Source: Eledone cirrhosa
Lineage: Eukaryota
Length of the DNA: 64,000 bases
Assembly: GCA_964016885.1 (NCBI GenBank)
Contig: CAXHJY010000669.1
Span: forward strand, 1,012 to 65,011
Direction: 5' to 3'
This document shows, piece after piece, positions 51,101 through 64,000 of the stretch. Position 1 is the first letter of the stretch. Each line of letters starts with the position of its first letter. The notes under the pieces were generated by a model, which had not been told where the DNA came from, made no database searches, and saw nothing but the letters and a program-made list of their open reading frames with translations. The position numbers and the translations under genes were made by a program.

Positions 51101-54100
51101 CATGATGTGACAATAGTAACTGTTATGATGTGACAATAGTAACTGTCATGATGTGACAATAGTAACTGTCATGATGTGACAATAGTAACTGTCATGATTT
51201 GACAATAGTAACTGTTATAATGTGACAATAGTAACTGTCATGATTTGACAATAGTATCTGTCATGATGTGACAATAGTAAATGTCATGATGTGACAATAG
51301 TAACTGTTATGATGTGACAATAGTAACTGTTATGATGTGACAATAGTAACTGTCATGATGTGACAATAGTGACTGTCATGATGTGACAATAGTAACTGTC
51401 ATGATGTGACAATAGTAACTGTCATGATGTGACAATAGTAACTGTCATGATGTGACAATTGTAACTGTCATGATGTGACAATAGTAAATGTCATGATGTG
51501 ACAATAGTAACTGTTATGATTTGACAATAGTAACTGTCATGATGTGACAATAGTAACTGTCATGATGTGACAATAGTAAGTGTCATGATGTGACAATAGT
51601 AACTGTCATGATGTGACAATAGTATTTGTCATGATGTGACATTAGTAAATGTCATGATGTGACAATAGTAACTGTCATGATGTGACAATAGTAACTTATG
51701 ATGTGACAATAGTAATTGTCATGATGTGACAATAGTAACTGTCATGATGTGACAATAGTAACTGTCATTATGTGACAATAGTAACTGTCATGATGTGACA
51801 ATAGTAACTGTCATGATGTGACAATCGTAACTGTCATGATGTGACAATAGTAACTGTCATAATGTGACAATAGTAACTGTCATGATGTGACAATAGTAAC
51901 TGTTATGATGTGACAATAGTAAATGTCATGATGTGACAATAGTAACTGTTATGATGTGACAATAGTAACTGTCATGATGTGACAATAGTAACTGTCATGA
52001 TGTGACAATAGTAACTGTTATGATGTGACAATAGTAAATGTCATGATGTGACAATAGTAACTGTCATGATGTGACAATAGTAACTGTCATGATGTGACAA
52101 TAGTAACTGTCATGATGTGACAATAGTAACTGTCATGATGTGACAATAGTAACTGTTACGATGTGACAGTATCTGTTATGATGTGACAATAGTAACTGTC
52201 ATGATGTGACAATAATAAATGTTATGATGTGACAATAGTAACTGTCATGATGTGACAATAGTATCTGTCATGATGTGACAATAGTAACTGTCATGATGTG
52301 ACAATAGTAACTGTCATGATGTGACAATAGTAACTGTCATGATGTGACAATAGTAACTGTCATGATGTGACAATAGTAACTGTCATGATGTGACAATAGT
52401 AACTGTCATGATGTGACAATAGTAACTGTCATGATGTGACAATAGTAACTGTCATGATGTGACAATAGGAACTGTTATAATGTGACAATAGTAACTGTCA
52501 TGATGTGACAATAGTATCTGTCATGATGTGACAATAGTAAATGTCATGATGTGACAATAGTAACCGTTATGATGTGACAATAGTAGCTGTTATGATGTGA
52601 CAATAGTAACTGTCATGATGTGACAATAGTAACTGTCATGATGTGACAATAGTAACTGTCATGATGTGACAATAGTAACTGTCATGATGTGACAATAGTA
52701 ACTGTCATGATGTGACAATAGTAACTGTTATGATGTGACAATAGTAAATGTCATGATGTGACAATAGTAACTTATGATTTGACAATAGTAACTGTCATGA
52801 TGTGACAATAGTAACTGTCATGATGTGACAATAGTAAGTGTCATGATGTGACAATAGTAACTGTCATGATGTGACAATAGTATCTGTCATGATGTGACAA
52901 TAGTAAATGTCATGATGTGACAATAGTAACTGTCATGATGTGACAATAGTAACTTATGATGTGACAATAGTAATTGTCATGATGTGACAATAGTAACTGT
53001 CATGATGTGACAATAGTAACTGTCATGATGTGACAATAGTAACTGTCATGATGTGACAATAGTAACTGTCATGATGTGACAATAGTAACTGTCATGATGT
53101 GACAATAGTAACTGTCATGATGTGACAATAGTAACTGTCATGATGTGACAATAGTAACTGTTATGATGTGACAATAGTAAATGTCATGATGTGACAATAG
53201 TAACTGTCATGATGTGACAATGGTAACTGTCATGATGTGACAATAGTAACTGTTATGATGTGACAATAGTAAATATCATGATGTGACAATAGTAACTGTT
53301 ATGATGCGACAATAGTAACTGTCATGATGTGACAATAGTAACTGTTATGATGTGACAATAGTAAATGGCATGATGTGACAATAGTAACTGTCATGATGTG
53401 ACAATAGTAACTGTCATGATGTGACAATAGTAACTGTTATGATGTGACAATAGTAAATGTCATGATGTGACAATAGTAACTGTCATGATGTGACAATAGT
53501 AACTGTCATGATGTGACAATAGTAACTGTCATGATGTGACAATAGTAACTGTCATGATGTGACAATAGTAACTGTTACGATGTGACAGTATCTGTTATGA
53601 TGTGACAATAGTAACTGTCATGATGTGACAATAATAAATGTTATGATGTGACAATAGTAACTGTCATGATGTGACAATAGTATCTGTCATGATGTGACAA
53701 TAGTAACTGTCATGATGTGACAATAGTAACTGTCATGATGTGACAATAGTAACTGTCATGATGTGACAATAGTAACTGTCATGATGTGACAATAGTAACT
53801 GTCATGATGTGACAATAGTAACTGTCATGATGTGACAATAGTAACTGTCATGATGTGACAATAGTAACTGTCATGATGTGACAATAGTAACTGTTATGAT
53901 GTGACAATAGTAACTGTCATGATGTGACAATAGTAACTGTCATGATGTGACAATAGTAACTGTTAATATGTGACAATAGTAACTGTTATAATGTGACAAT
54001 AGTAACTGTCATGATGTGACAATAGTATCTGTCATGATGTGACAATAGTAAATGTCATGATGTGACAATAGTAACTGTTATGATGTGACAATAGTAACTG

Positions 54101-57100
54101 TTATTATGTGACAATAGTAACTGTCATGATGTGACAATAGTAACTGTCATGATGTGACAATAGTAACTGTCATGATGTGACAATAGTAACTGTCATGATG
54201 TGACAATAGTAACTGTCATGATGTGACAATAGTAACTGTTATGATGTGACAATAGTAAATGTCATGATGTGACAATAGTAACTGTTATGATTTGACAATA
54301 GTAACTGTCATGATGTGACAATAGTAACTGTCATGATGTGACAATAGTAAGTGTCATGATGTGACAATAGTAACTGTCATGATGTGACAATAGTATCTGT
54401 CATGATGTGACAATAGTAAATGTCATGATGTGACAATAGTAACTGTCATGATGTGACAATAGTAACTTATGATGTGACAATAGTAATTGTCATGATGTGA
54501 CAATAGTAACTGTCATGATGTGACAATAGTAACTGTCATGATGTGACAATAGTAACTGTCATGATGTGACAATAGTAACTGTCATGATGTGACAATCGTA
54601 ACTGTCATGATGTGACAATAGTAACTGCCATGATGTGACAATAGTAAATGTTATGATGTGACAATAGTAACTGTCATGATGTGACAATAGTAACTGTCAT
54701 GATGTGACAATAGTAACTGTCATGATGTGACAATAGTAACTGTTATGTGACAATAGTAACTGTCATGATGTGACAATAGTAACTGTCATGATGTGACAAT
54801 AGTAACTGTCATGATGTGACAATAGTAAATGTCATGATGTGACAATAGTAAATGTCATGATGTGACAATAGTAACTGTTATGATGTAACAATAGTAACTG
54901 TCATGATGTGACAATAGTAACTGTCATGATGTGACAATAGTAACTGTCATGATGTGACAATAGTAACTGTCATGATGTGACAATAGTAACTGTCATGATG
55001 TGACAATAGTAACTGTCATGATGTGACAATAGTAACTGTCATGATGTGACAATAGTAACTGTCATGATGTGACAATCGTAACTGTCATGATGTGACAATA
55101 GTAACTGTCATGATGTGACAATAGTAACTGTCATGATGTGACAATAGTAACTGTTATGATGTGACAATAGTAAATGTCATGATGTGACAATAGTAACTGT
55201 CATGATGTGACAATATTAACTGTCATGATGTGACAATAGTAACTGTTATGATGTGACAATAGTAAATGTCATGATGTGACAATAGTAACTGTTATGATGT
55301 GACAATAGTAACTGTCATGATGTGACAATAGTAACTGTTATGATGTGACAATAGTAAATGGCATGATGTGACAATAGTAACTGTCATGATGTGACAATAG
55401 TAACTGTCATGATGTGACAATAGTAACTGTTATGATGTGACAATAGTAAATGTCATGATGTGACAATAGTAACTGTCATGATGTGACAATAGTAACTGTC
55501 ATGATATGACAATAGTAACTGTCATGATGTGACAATAGTAACTGTTACGATGTGACAGTATCTGTTATGATGTGACAATAGTAACTGTCATGATGTGACA
55601 ATAATAAATGTTATGATGTGACAATAGTAACTGTCATGATGTGACAATAGTATCTGTCATGATGTGATAATAGTAACTGTCATGATGTGACAATAGTAAC
55701 TGTCATGATGTGACAATAGTAACTGTCATGATGTGACAATAGTAACTGTCATGATGTGACAATAGTAACTGTCATGATGTGACAATAGTAACTGTCATGA
55801 TGTGACAATAGTAACTGTTATGATGTGACAATAGTAACTGTCATGATGTGACAATAGTAACTGTTATGATGTGACAATAGTAACTGTCATGATGTGACAA
55901 TAGTAACTGTCATGATGTGACAATAGTAACTGTTAATATGTGACAATAGTAACTGTTATAATGTGACAATAGTAACTGTCATGATGTGACAATAGTATCT
56001 GTCATGATGTGACAATAGTAACTGTTATTATGTGACAATAGTAACTGTCATGATGTGACAATAGTAACTGTCATGATGTGACAATAGTAACTGTCATGAT
56101 GTGACAATAGTAACTGTCATGATGTGACAATAGTAACTGTCATGATGTGACAATAGTAACTGTCATGATGTGACAATAGTAACTGTTATGATGTGACAAT
56201 AGTAAATGTCATGATGTGACAATAGTAACTGTTATGATTTGACAATAGTAACTGTCATGATGTGACAATAGTAACTGTCATGATGTGACAATAGTAAGTG
56301 TCATGATGTGACAATAGTAACTGTCATGATGTGACAATAGTATCTGTCATGATGTGACAATAGTAAATGTCATGATGTGACAATAGTAACTGTCATGATG
56401 TGACAATAGTAACTTATGATGTGACAATAGTAATTGTCATGATGTGACAATAGTAACTGTCATGATGTGACAATAGTAACTGTCATGATGTGACAATAGT
56501 AACTGTCATGATGTGACAATAGTAACTGTCATGATGTGACAATCGTAACTGTCATGATGTGACAATAGTAACTGTCATGATGTGACAATAGTAAATGTTA
56601 TGATGTGACAATAGTAACTGTCATGATGTGACAATAGTAACTATCATGATGTGACAATAGTAACTGTCATGATGTGACAATAGAAACTGTCATGATGTGA
56701 CAATAGTAACTGTCATGATGTGACAATAGTAACTGTCATGATGTGACAATAGTAACTGTCATGATGTGACAATAGTAACTGTTATGTGACAATAGTAACT
56801 GTCATGATGTGACAATAGTAACTGTCATGATGTGACAATAGTAACTGTCATGATGTGACAATAGTAAATGTCATGATGTGACAATAGTAAATGTCATGAT
56901 GTGACAATAGTAAATGTCATGATGTGACAATAGTAACTGTTATGATGTAACAATAGTAACTGTCATGATGTGACAATAGTAACTGTCATGATGTGACAAT
57001 AGTAACTGTCATGATGTGACAATAGTAACTGTCATGATGTGACAATAGTAACTGTCATGATGTGACAATAGTAACTGTCATGATGTGACAATAGTAACTG

Positions 57101-60100
57101 TTATGATGTGACAATAGTAACTGTCATGATGTGACAATAGTATCTGTCATGATGTGACAATAGTAACTGTCATGATGTGACAATAGTAACTGTCATGATG
57201 TGACAATAGTAACTGTCATGACGTGACAATAGTAACTGTCATGATGTGACAATAGTAACTGTCATGATGTGACAATAGTAACTGTCATGATGTGACAATA
57301 GTAACTGTCATGATGTGACAATAGTAAATGTTATGATGTGACAATGGTAACTGTCATGATGTGACAATAGTAACTGTCATGATGTGACAATAGTAACTGT
57401 TATGATGTGACAATAGTAACTGTTATGATGTGACAATAGTAACTGTCATGATGTGACAATAGTAACTGTCATGATGTGACAATAGTAACTGTCATGATGT
57501 GACAATAGTAACTGTCATGATGTGACAAGAGTAACTGTCATGATGTGACAATAGTAACTGTCATGATGTGACAATAGTAACTGTCATGATGTGAAAATAG
57601 TAAATGTCATGATGTGACAATAGTAACTGTCATGATGTGACAATAGTAACTGTCATGATGTGACAATAGTAACTGTCATGATGTGACAATAGTAACTGTT
57701 ATGATGTGACAATAGTAACTGTTATGATGTGACAATCGTAACTGTCATGATTTGACAATAGTAACTGTCATGATGTGACAATAGTAACTGTTATGATGTG
57801 ACAATAGTAACTGTCATGATGTGACAATAGTAACTGTCATGATGTGACAATAGTAACTGTCATGATGTGACAATGGTAAATGTTATGATGTGACAATAGT
57901 AACTGTCATGATGTGACAATAGTAACTGTTATGATGTGACAATAGTAACTGTCATGATGTGACAATAAACTGTTATGATGTGACAATAGTAACTGTCATG
58001 ATGTGACAATAGTAAGTGTCATGATGTGACAATAGTAACTATCATGATGTGACAATAGTAACTATCATGATGTGACAATAGTAACTGTCATGATGTGACA
58101 ATAGTAACTGTCATGATGTGACAATAGTAACTGTCATGATGTGACAATAGTAAATGTCATGATGTGACAATAGTAACTGTCATGATGTGACAATAGTAAC
58201 TGTCAGGATGTGACAATGGTAAATGATATGATGTGACAATAGTAACTGTCATGATGTGACAATAGTAACTGTCATGATGTGACAATAGTAACTGTCATGA
58301 TGTGACAATAGTAACTGTATAATGTGACAATAGTAACTGTCATGATGTGACAATAGTATCTGTCATGATGTGACAATAGTAAATGTCATGATGTGACAAT
58401 AGTAACTGTTATGATGTGACAATAGTAACTGTTATGCTGTGACAATAGTAACTGTTATGATGTGACAATAGTAACTGTCATGATGTGACAATAGTAACTG
58501 TCATGATGTGACAATAGTAACTGTCATGATGTGACAATAGTAACTGTCATGATGTGACAATAGTAACTGTTATGATGTGACAATAGTAAATGTCATGATG
58601 TGACAATAGTGACAATAGTAACTGTTATGATGTGACAATAGTAACTGTCATGATGTGACAATAGTAACTGTCATGATGTGACAATAGTAAGTGTCATGAT
58701 GTGAAAATAGTAACTGTCATGATGTGACAATAGTAACTGTCATGATGTGACAATAGTATCTGTCATGATGTGACAATAGTAAATGTCATGATGTGACAAT
58801 AGTAACTGTCATGATGTGACAATAGTAACTTATGATGTGACAATAGTAATTGTCATGATGTGACAATAGTAACTGTCATGATGTGACAATAGTAACTGTC
58901 ATGATGTGACAATAGTAACTGTCATGATGTGACAATAGTAACTGTCATGATGTGACAATCGTAACTGTCATGATGTGACAATCGTAACTGTCATGATGTG
59001 ACAATAGTAAATGTTCATGATGTGACAATAGTAACTGTCATGATGTGACAATAGTAACTGTCATGATGTGACAATAGTAACTGTCATGATGTGACAATAG
59101 TAACTGTCATGATGTGACAATAGTATCTGTCATGATGTGACAATAGTAACTGTCATGATGTGACAATAGTAACTGTCATGATGTGACAATAGTAACTGTC
59201 ATGATGTGACAATAGTAACTGTCATGATGTGACAATAGTAACTGTCATGATGTGACAATAGTAACTGTCATGATGTGACAATAGTAACTGTCATGATGTG
59301 ACAATAGTAAATGTTATGATGTGACAATAGTAACTGTCATGATGTGACAATAGTAACTGTCATGATGTGACAATAGTAACTGTTATGATGTGACAATAGT
59401 AACTGTCATGATGTGACAATAGTAACTGTCATGATGTGACAATAGTAACTGTCATGATGTGACAATAGTAACTGTCATGATGTGACAATAGTAACTGTCA
59501 TGATGTGACAATAGTAAGTGTCATGATGTGACAATAGTAACTGTCATGATGTGACAATAGTAAATGTCATGATGTGACAATAGTAACTGTCATGATGTGA
59601 CAATAGTAACTGTCATGATGTGACAATAGTAACTGTCATGATGTGACAATAGTAACTGTTATGATGTGACAATAGTAACTGTTATGATGTGACAATCGTA
59701 ACTGTCATGATTTGACAATAGTAACTGTCATGATGTGACAATAGTAACTGTCATGATGTGACAATAGTAACTGTCATGATGTGACAATGGTAAATGTTAT
59801 GATGTGACAATAGTAACTGTCATGATGTGACAATAGTAACTGTTATGATGTGACAATAGTAACTGTCATGATGTGACAATAACTGTTATGATGTGACAAT
59901 AGTAACTGTCATGATGTGACAATAGTAACTGTCATGATGTGACAATAGTAACTGTCATGATGTGACAATAGTAACTGTCATGATGTGACAATAGTAACTG
60001 TCATGATGTGACAATAGTAACTGTCATGAATGTGACAATAGTAACTTCATGATGTGACAATAGTAACTGTCATGATGTGACAATAGTAACTGTCATGATG

Positions 60101-63100
60101 TGACAATAGTAACTGTCATGATGTGACAATAGTAACTGTCATGATGTGACAATAGTAAATGTCATGATGTGACAATAGTAACTGTCATGATGTGACAATA
60201 GTAACTGTCATGATGTGACAATGGTAAACTGTTATGATGTGACAATAGTAACTGTCATGATGTGACAATAGTAACTGTCATGATGTGACAATAGTAACTG
60301 TCATGATGTGACAATAGTAACTGTCATGATGTGACAATAGTAACTGTCATGATGTGACAATAGTAAGTGTCATGATGTGACAATAGTAACTGTCATGATG
60401 TGACAATAGTATCTGTCATGATGTGACAATAGTAAATGTCATGATGTGACAATAGTAACTGTCATGATGTGACAATAGTAACTGTATGATGTGACAATAG
60501 TAATTGTCATGATGTGACAATAGTAACTGTCATGATGTGACAATAGTAACTGTCATGATGTGACAATAGTAACTGTCATGATGTGACAATAGTAACTGTC
60601 ATGATGTGACAATAGTAACTGTCATGATGTGACAATAGTAACTGTCATGATGTGACAATAGTAACTGTCATGATGTGACAATAGTAACTGTTATGATGTG
60701 ACAATAGTAAATGTCATGATGTGACAATAGTAACTGTCATGATGTGACAATAGTAACTGTCATGATGTGACAATAGTAACTGTCATGATGTGACAATAGT
60801 AAATGTCATGATGTGACAATAGTAACTGTTATGATGCGACAATAGTAACTGTCATGATGTGACAATAGTAACTGTTATGATGTGACAATAGTAAATGTCA
60901 TGATGTGACAATAGTAACTGTCATGATGTGACAATAGTAACTGTCATGATGTGACAATAGTAACTGTTATGATGTGACAATAGTAACTGTCATGATGTGA
61001 CAATAGTAACTGTCATGATGTGACAATAGTAACTGTCATGATGTGACAATAGTAACTGTCATGATGTGACAATAGTAACTGTCATGATGTGACAATAGTA
61101 ACTGTTACGATGTGACAAGTATCTGTCATGATGTGACAATAGTAACTGTCATGATGTGACAATAGTAAATATTATGATGTGACAATAGTAACTGTCATGA
61201 TGTGACAATAGTAACTGTCATGATGTGACAATAGTAACTGTCATGATGTGACAATAGTAACTGTCATGATGTGACAATAGTAACTGTCATGATGTGACAA
61301 TAGTAACTGTTATGATGTGACAATAGTAACTGTCATGATGTGACAATAGTATCTGTCATGATGTGACAATAGTAAATGTCATGATGTGACAATAGTAACT
61401 GTTATGATGTGACAATAGTAACTGTTATGCTGTGACAATAGTAACTGTTATGATGTGACAATAGTAACTGTCATGATGTGACAATAGTAACTGTCATGAT
61501 GTGACAATAGTAACTGTCATGATGTGACAATAGTAACTGTCATGATGTGACAATAGTAACTGTTATGATGTGACAATAGTAAATGTCATGATGTGACAAT
61601 AGTAACTGTTATGATGTGACAATAGTAACTGTCATGATGTGACAATAGTAACTGTCATGATGTGACAATAGTAACTGTCATGATGTGACAATAGTAACTG
61701 TCATGATGTGACAATAGTAACTGTCATGATGTGACAATAGTATCTGTCATGATGTGACAATAGTAAATGTCATGATGTGACAATAGTAACTGTCATGATG
61801 TGACAATAGTAACTTATGATGTGACAATAGTAACTGTCATGATGTGACAATAGTAACTGTCATGATGTGACAATAGTAACTGTCATGATGTGACAATAGT
61901 AACTGTCATGATGTGACAATAGTAACTGTCATGATGTGACAATAGTAACTGTCATGATGTGACAATAGTAACTGTCATGATGTGACAATAGTAAATGTTC
62001 ATGATGTGACAATAGTAACTGTCATGATGTGACAATAGTAACTGTCATGATGTGACAATAGTAACTGTCATGATGTGACAATAGTAACTGTCATGATGTG
62101 ACAATAGTAACTGTCATGATGTGACAATAGTAACTGTCATGATGTGACAATAGTAACTGTCATGATGTGACAATAGTAACTGTCATGATGTGACAATAGT
62201 AACTGTCATGATGTGACAATAGTAACTGTCATGATGTGACAATAGTAACTGTCATGATGTGACAATAGTAACTGTCATGATGTGACAATAGTAACTGTTA
62301 TGATGTGACAATAGTAACTGTCATGATGTGACAATAGTAACTGTCATGATGTGACAATAGTAACTGTCATGATGTGACAATAGTAACTGTCATGATGTGA
62401 CAATAGTAACTGTCATGATGTGACAATAGTAACTGTCATGATGTGACAATAGTAACTGTCATGATGTGACAATAGTAACTGTCATGATGTGACAATAGTA
62501 ACTGTCATGATGTGACAATAGTAACTGTCATGATGTGACAATAGTAACTGTCATGATGTGACAATAGTAACTGTCATGATGTGACAATAGTAACTGTCAT
62601 GATGTGACAATAGTAACTGTCATGATGTGACAATAGTAACTGTTCATGATGTGACAATAGTAACTGTCATGATGTGACAATAGTAACTGTCATGATGTGA
62701 CAATAGTAACTGTCATGATGTGACAATAGTAACTGTCATGATGTGACAATAGTAACTGTCATGATGTGACAATAGTAACTGTCATGATGTGACAATAGTA
62801 ACTGTCATGATGTGACAATAGTAACTGTCATGATGTGACAATAGTAACTGTCATGATGTGACAAGTAACTGTATGATGTGACAATAGTAACTGTCATGAT
62901 GTGACAATAGTAACTGTCATGATGTGACAATAGTAACTGTCATGATGTGACAATAGTAACTGTCATGATGTGACAATAGTAACTGTCATGATGTGACAAT
63001 AGTAACTGTCATGATGTGACAATAGTAACTGTCATGATGTGACAATAGTAACTGTCATGATGTGACAATAGTAACTGTCATGATGTGACAATAGTAACTG

Positions 63101-64000
63101 TCATGATGTGACAATAGTAACTGTCATGATGTGACAATAGTAACTGTCATGATGTGACAATAGTAACTGTCATGATGTGACAATAGTAACTGTCATGATG
63201 TGACAATAGTAACTGTCATGATGTGACAATAGTAACTGTCATGATGTGACAATAGTAACTGTCATGATGTGACAATAGTAACTGTCATGATGTGACAATA
63301 GTAACTGTCATGATGTGACAATAGTAACTGTCATGATGTGACAATAGTAACTGTCATGATGTGACAATAGTAACTGTCATGATGTGACAATAGTAAACTG
63401 TCATGATGTGACAATAGTAAATGTCATGATGTGACAATAGTAACTGTCATGATGTGACAATAGTAACTGTTATGATGTGACAATAGTAACTGTCATGATG
63501 TGACAATAGTAACTGTCATGATGTGACAATAGTAACTGTCATGATGTGACAATAGTAACTGTCATGATGTGACAATAGTAACTGTCATGATGTGACAATA
63601 GTAACTGTCATGAAGTGACAATAGTAACTGTCATGATGTGACAATAGTAACTGTCATGATGTGACAATAGTAACTGTATGATGTGACAATAGTAAATGTC
63701 ATGATGTGACAATAGTAACTGTCATGATGATGACAATAGTAACTGTCATGATGTGACAATAGTAACTGTATGATGTGACAATAGTAAATGTCATGATGTG
63801 ACAATAGTAACTGTTATCATGATGTCGACAATAGTAACTGTCATGATGTGACAATAGTAACTGTTATGATGTGACAATAGTAATGGCATGATGTGACAAT
63901 AGTAACTGTCATGATGTGACAATAGTAACTGTCATGAATGTGACAATAGTAACTGTTATGATGTGACAATAGTAAATGTCATGATGTGACAATAGTACTG
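39190..64000. repeat. 23-bp satellite array (GTGACAATAGTAACTGTCATGAT)n, more than 24.8 kb, over 1000 units, continuing past the window end
   Basis: Continuous head-to-tail units with recurrent point variants (GTTATG, AAATGT, GTATCT, 20-21-bp deletion units). No ORFs and no insertions seen. Confidence 0.99.

Noticed and set aside
39190-64000. CRISPR-like or telomeric array
   Set aside because: Units are contiguous with no unique spacers, there are no cas genes, the context is eukaryotic, and no TTAGGG repeats are present.

Overview
Repeat-rich, AT-rich eukaryotic DNA with no confidently identifiable host protein-coding gene. The SINE and RTE families look like those I recall from octopod cephalopods, which is an inference. 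Bases 1-39 kb are a nest of mostly decayed mobile elements: Penelope-like element (PLE) remnants, two convergent near-identical RTE LINEs, a full-length but disabled Ty3/gypsy LTR retrotransposon, two CRE-like LINE 3' fragments, other RTE fragments, clustered tRNA-derived SINEs, TTAA-flanked MITEs, (TA)n tracts and a 22/23-bp minisatellite. From about 39.2 kb to the end is a single 23-bp satellite array with multi-level higher-order structure. The most notable signal is six type-I hammerhead ribozyme motifs. Four of them form mirror-image, outward-facing pairs in two unrelated foldback elements (5341-7123 and 15283-15611), and these two elements bracket the convergent RTE pair. All calls were made by eye; no searches were run.
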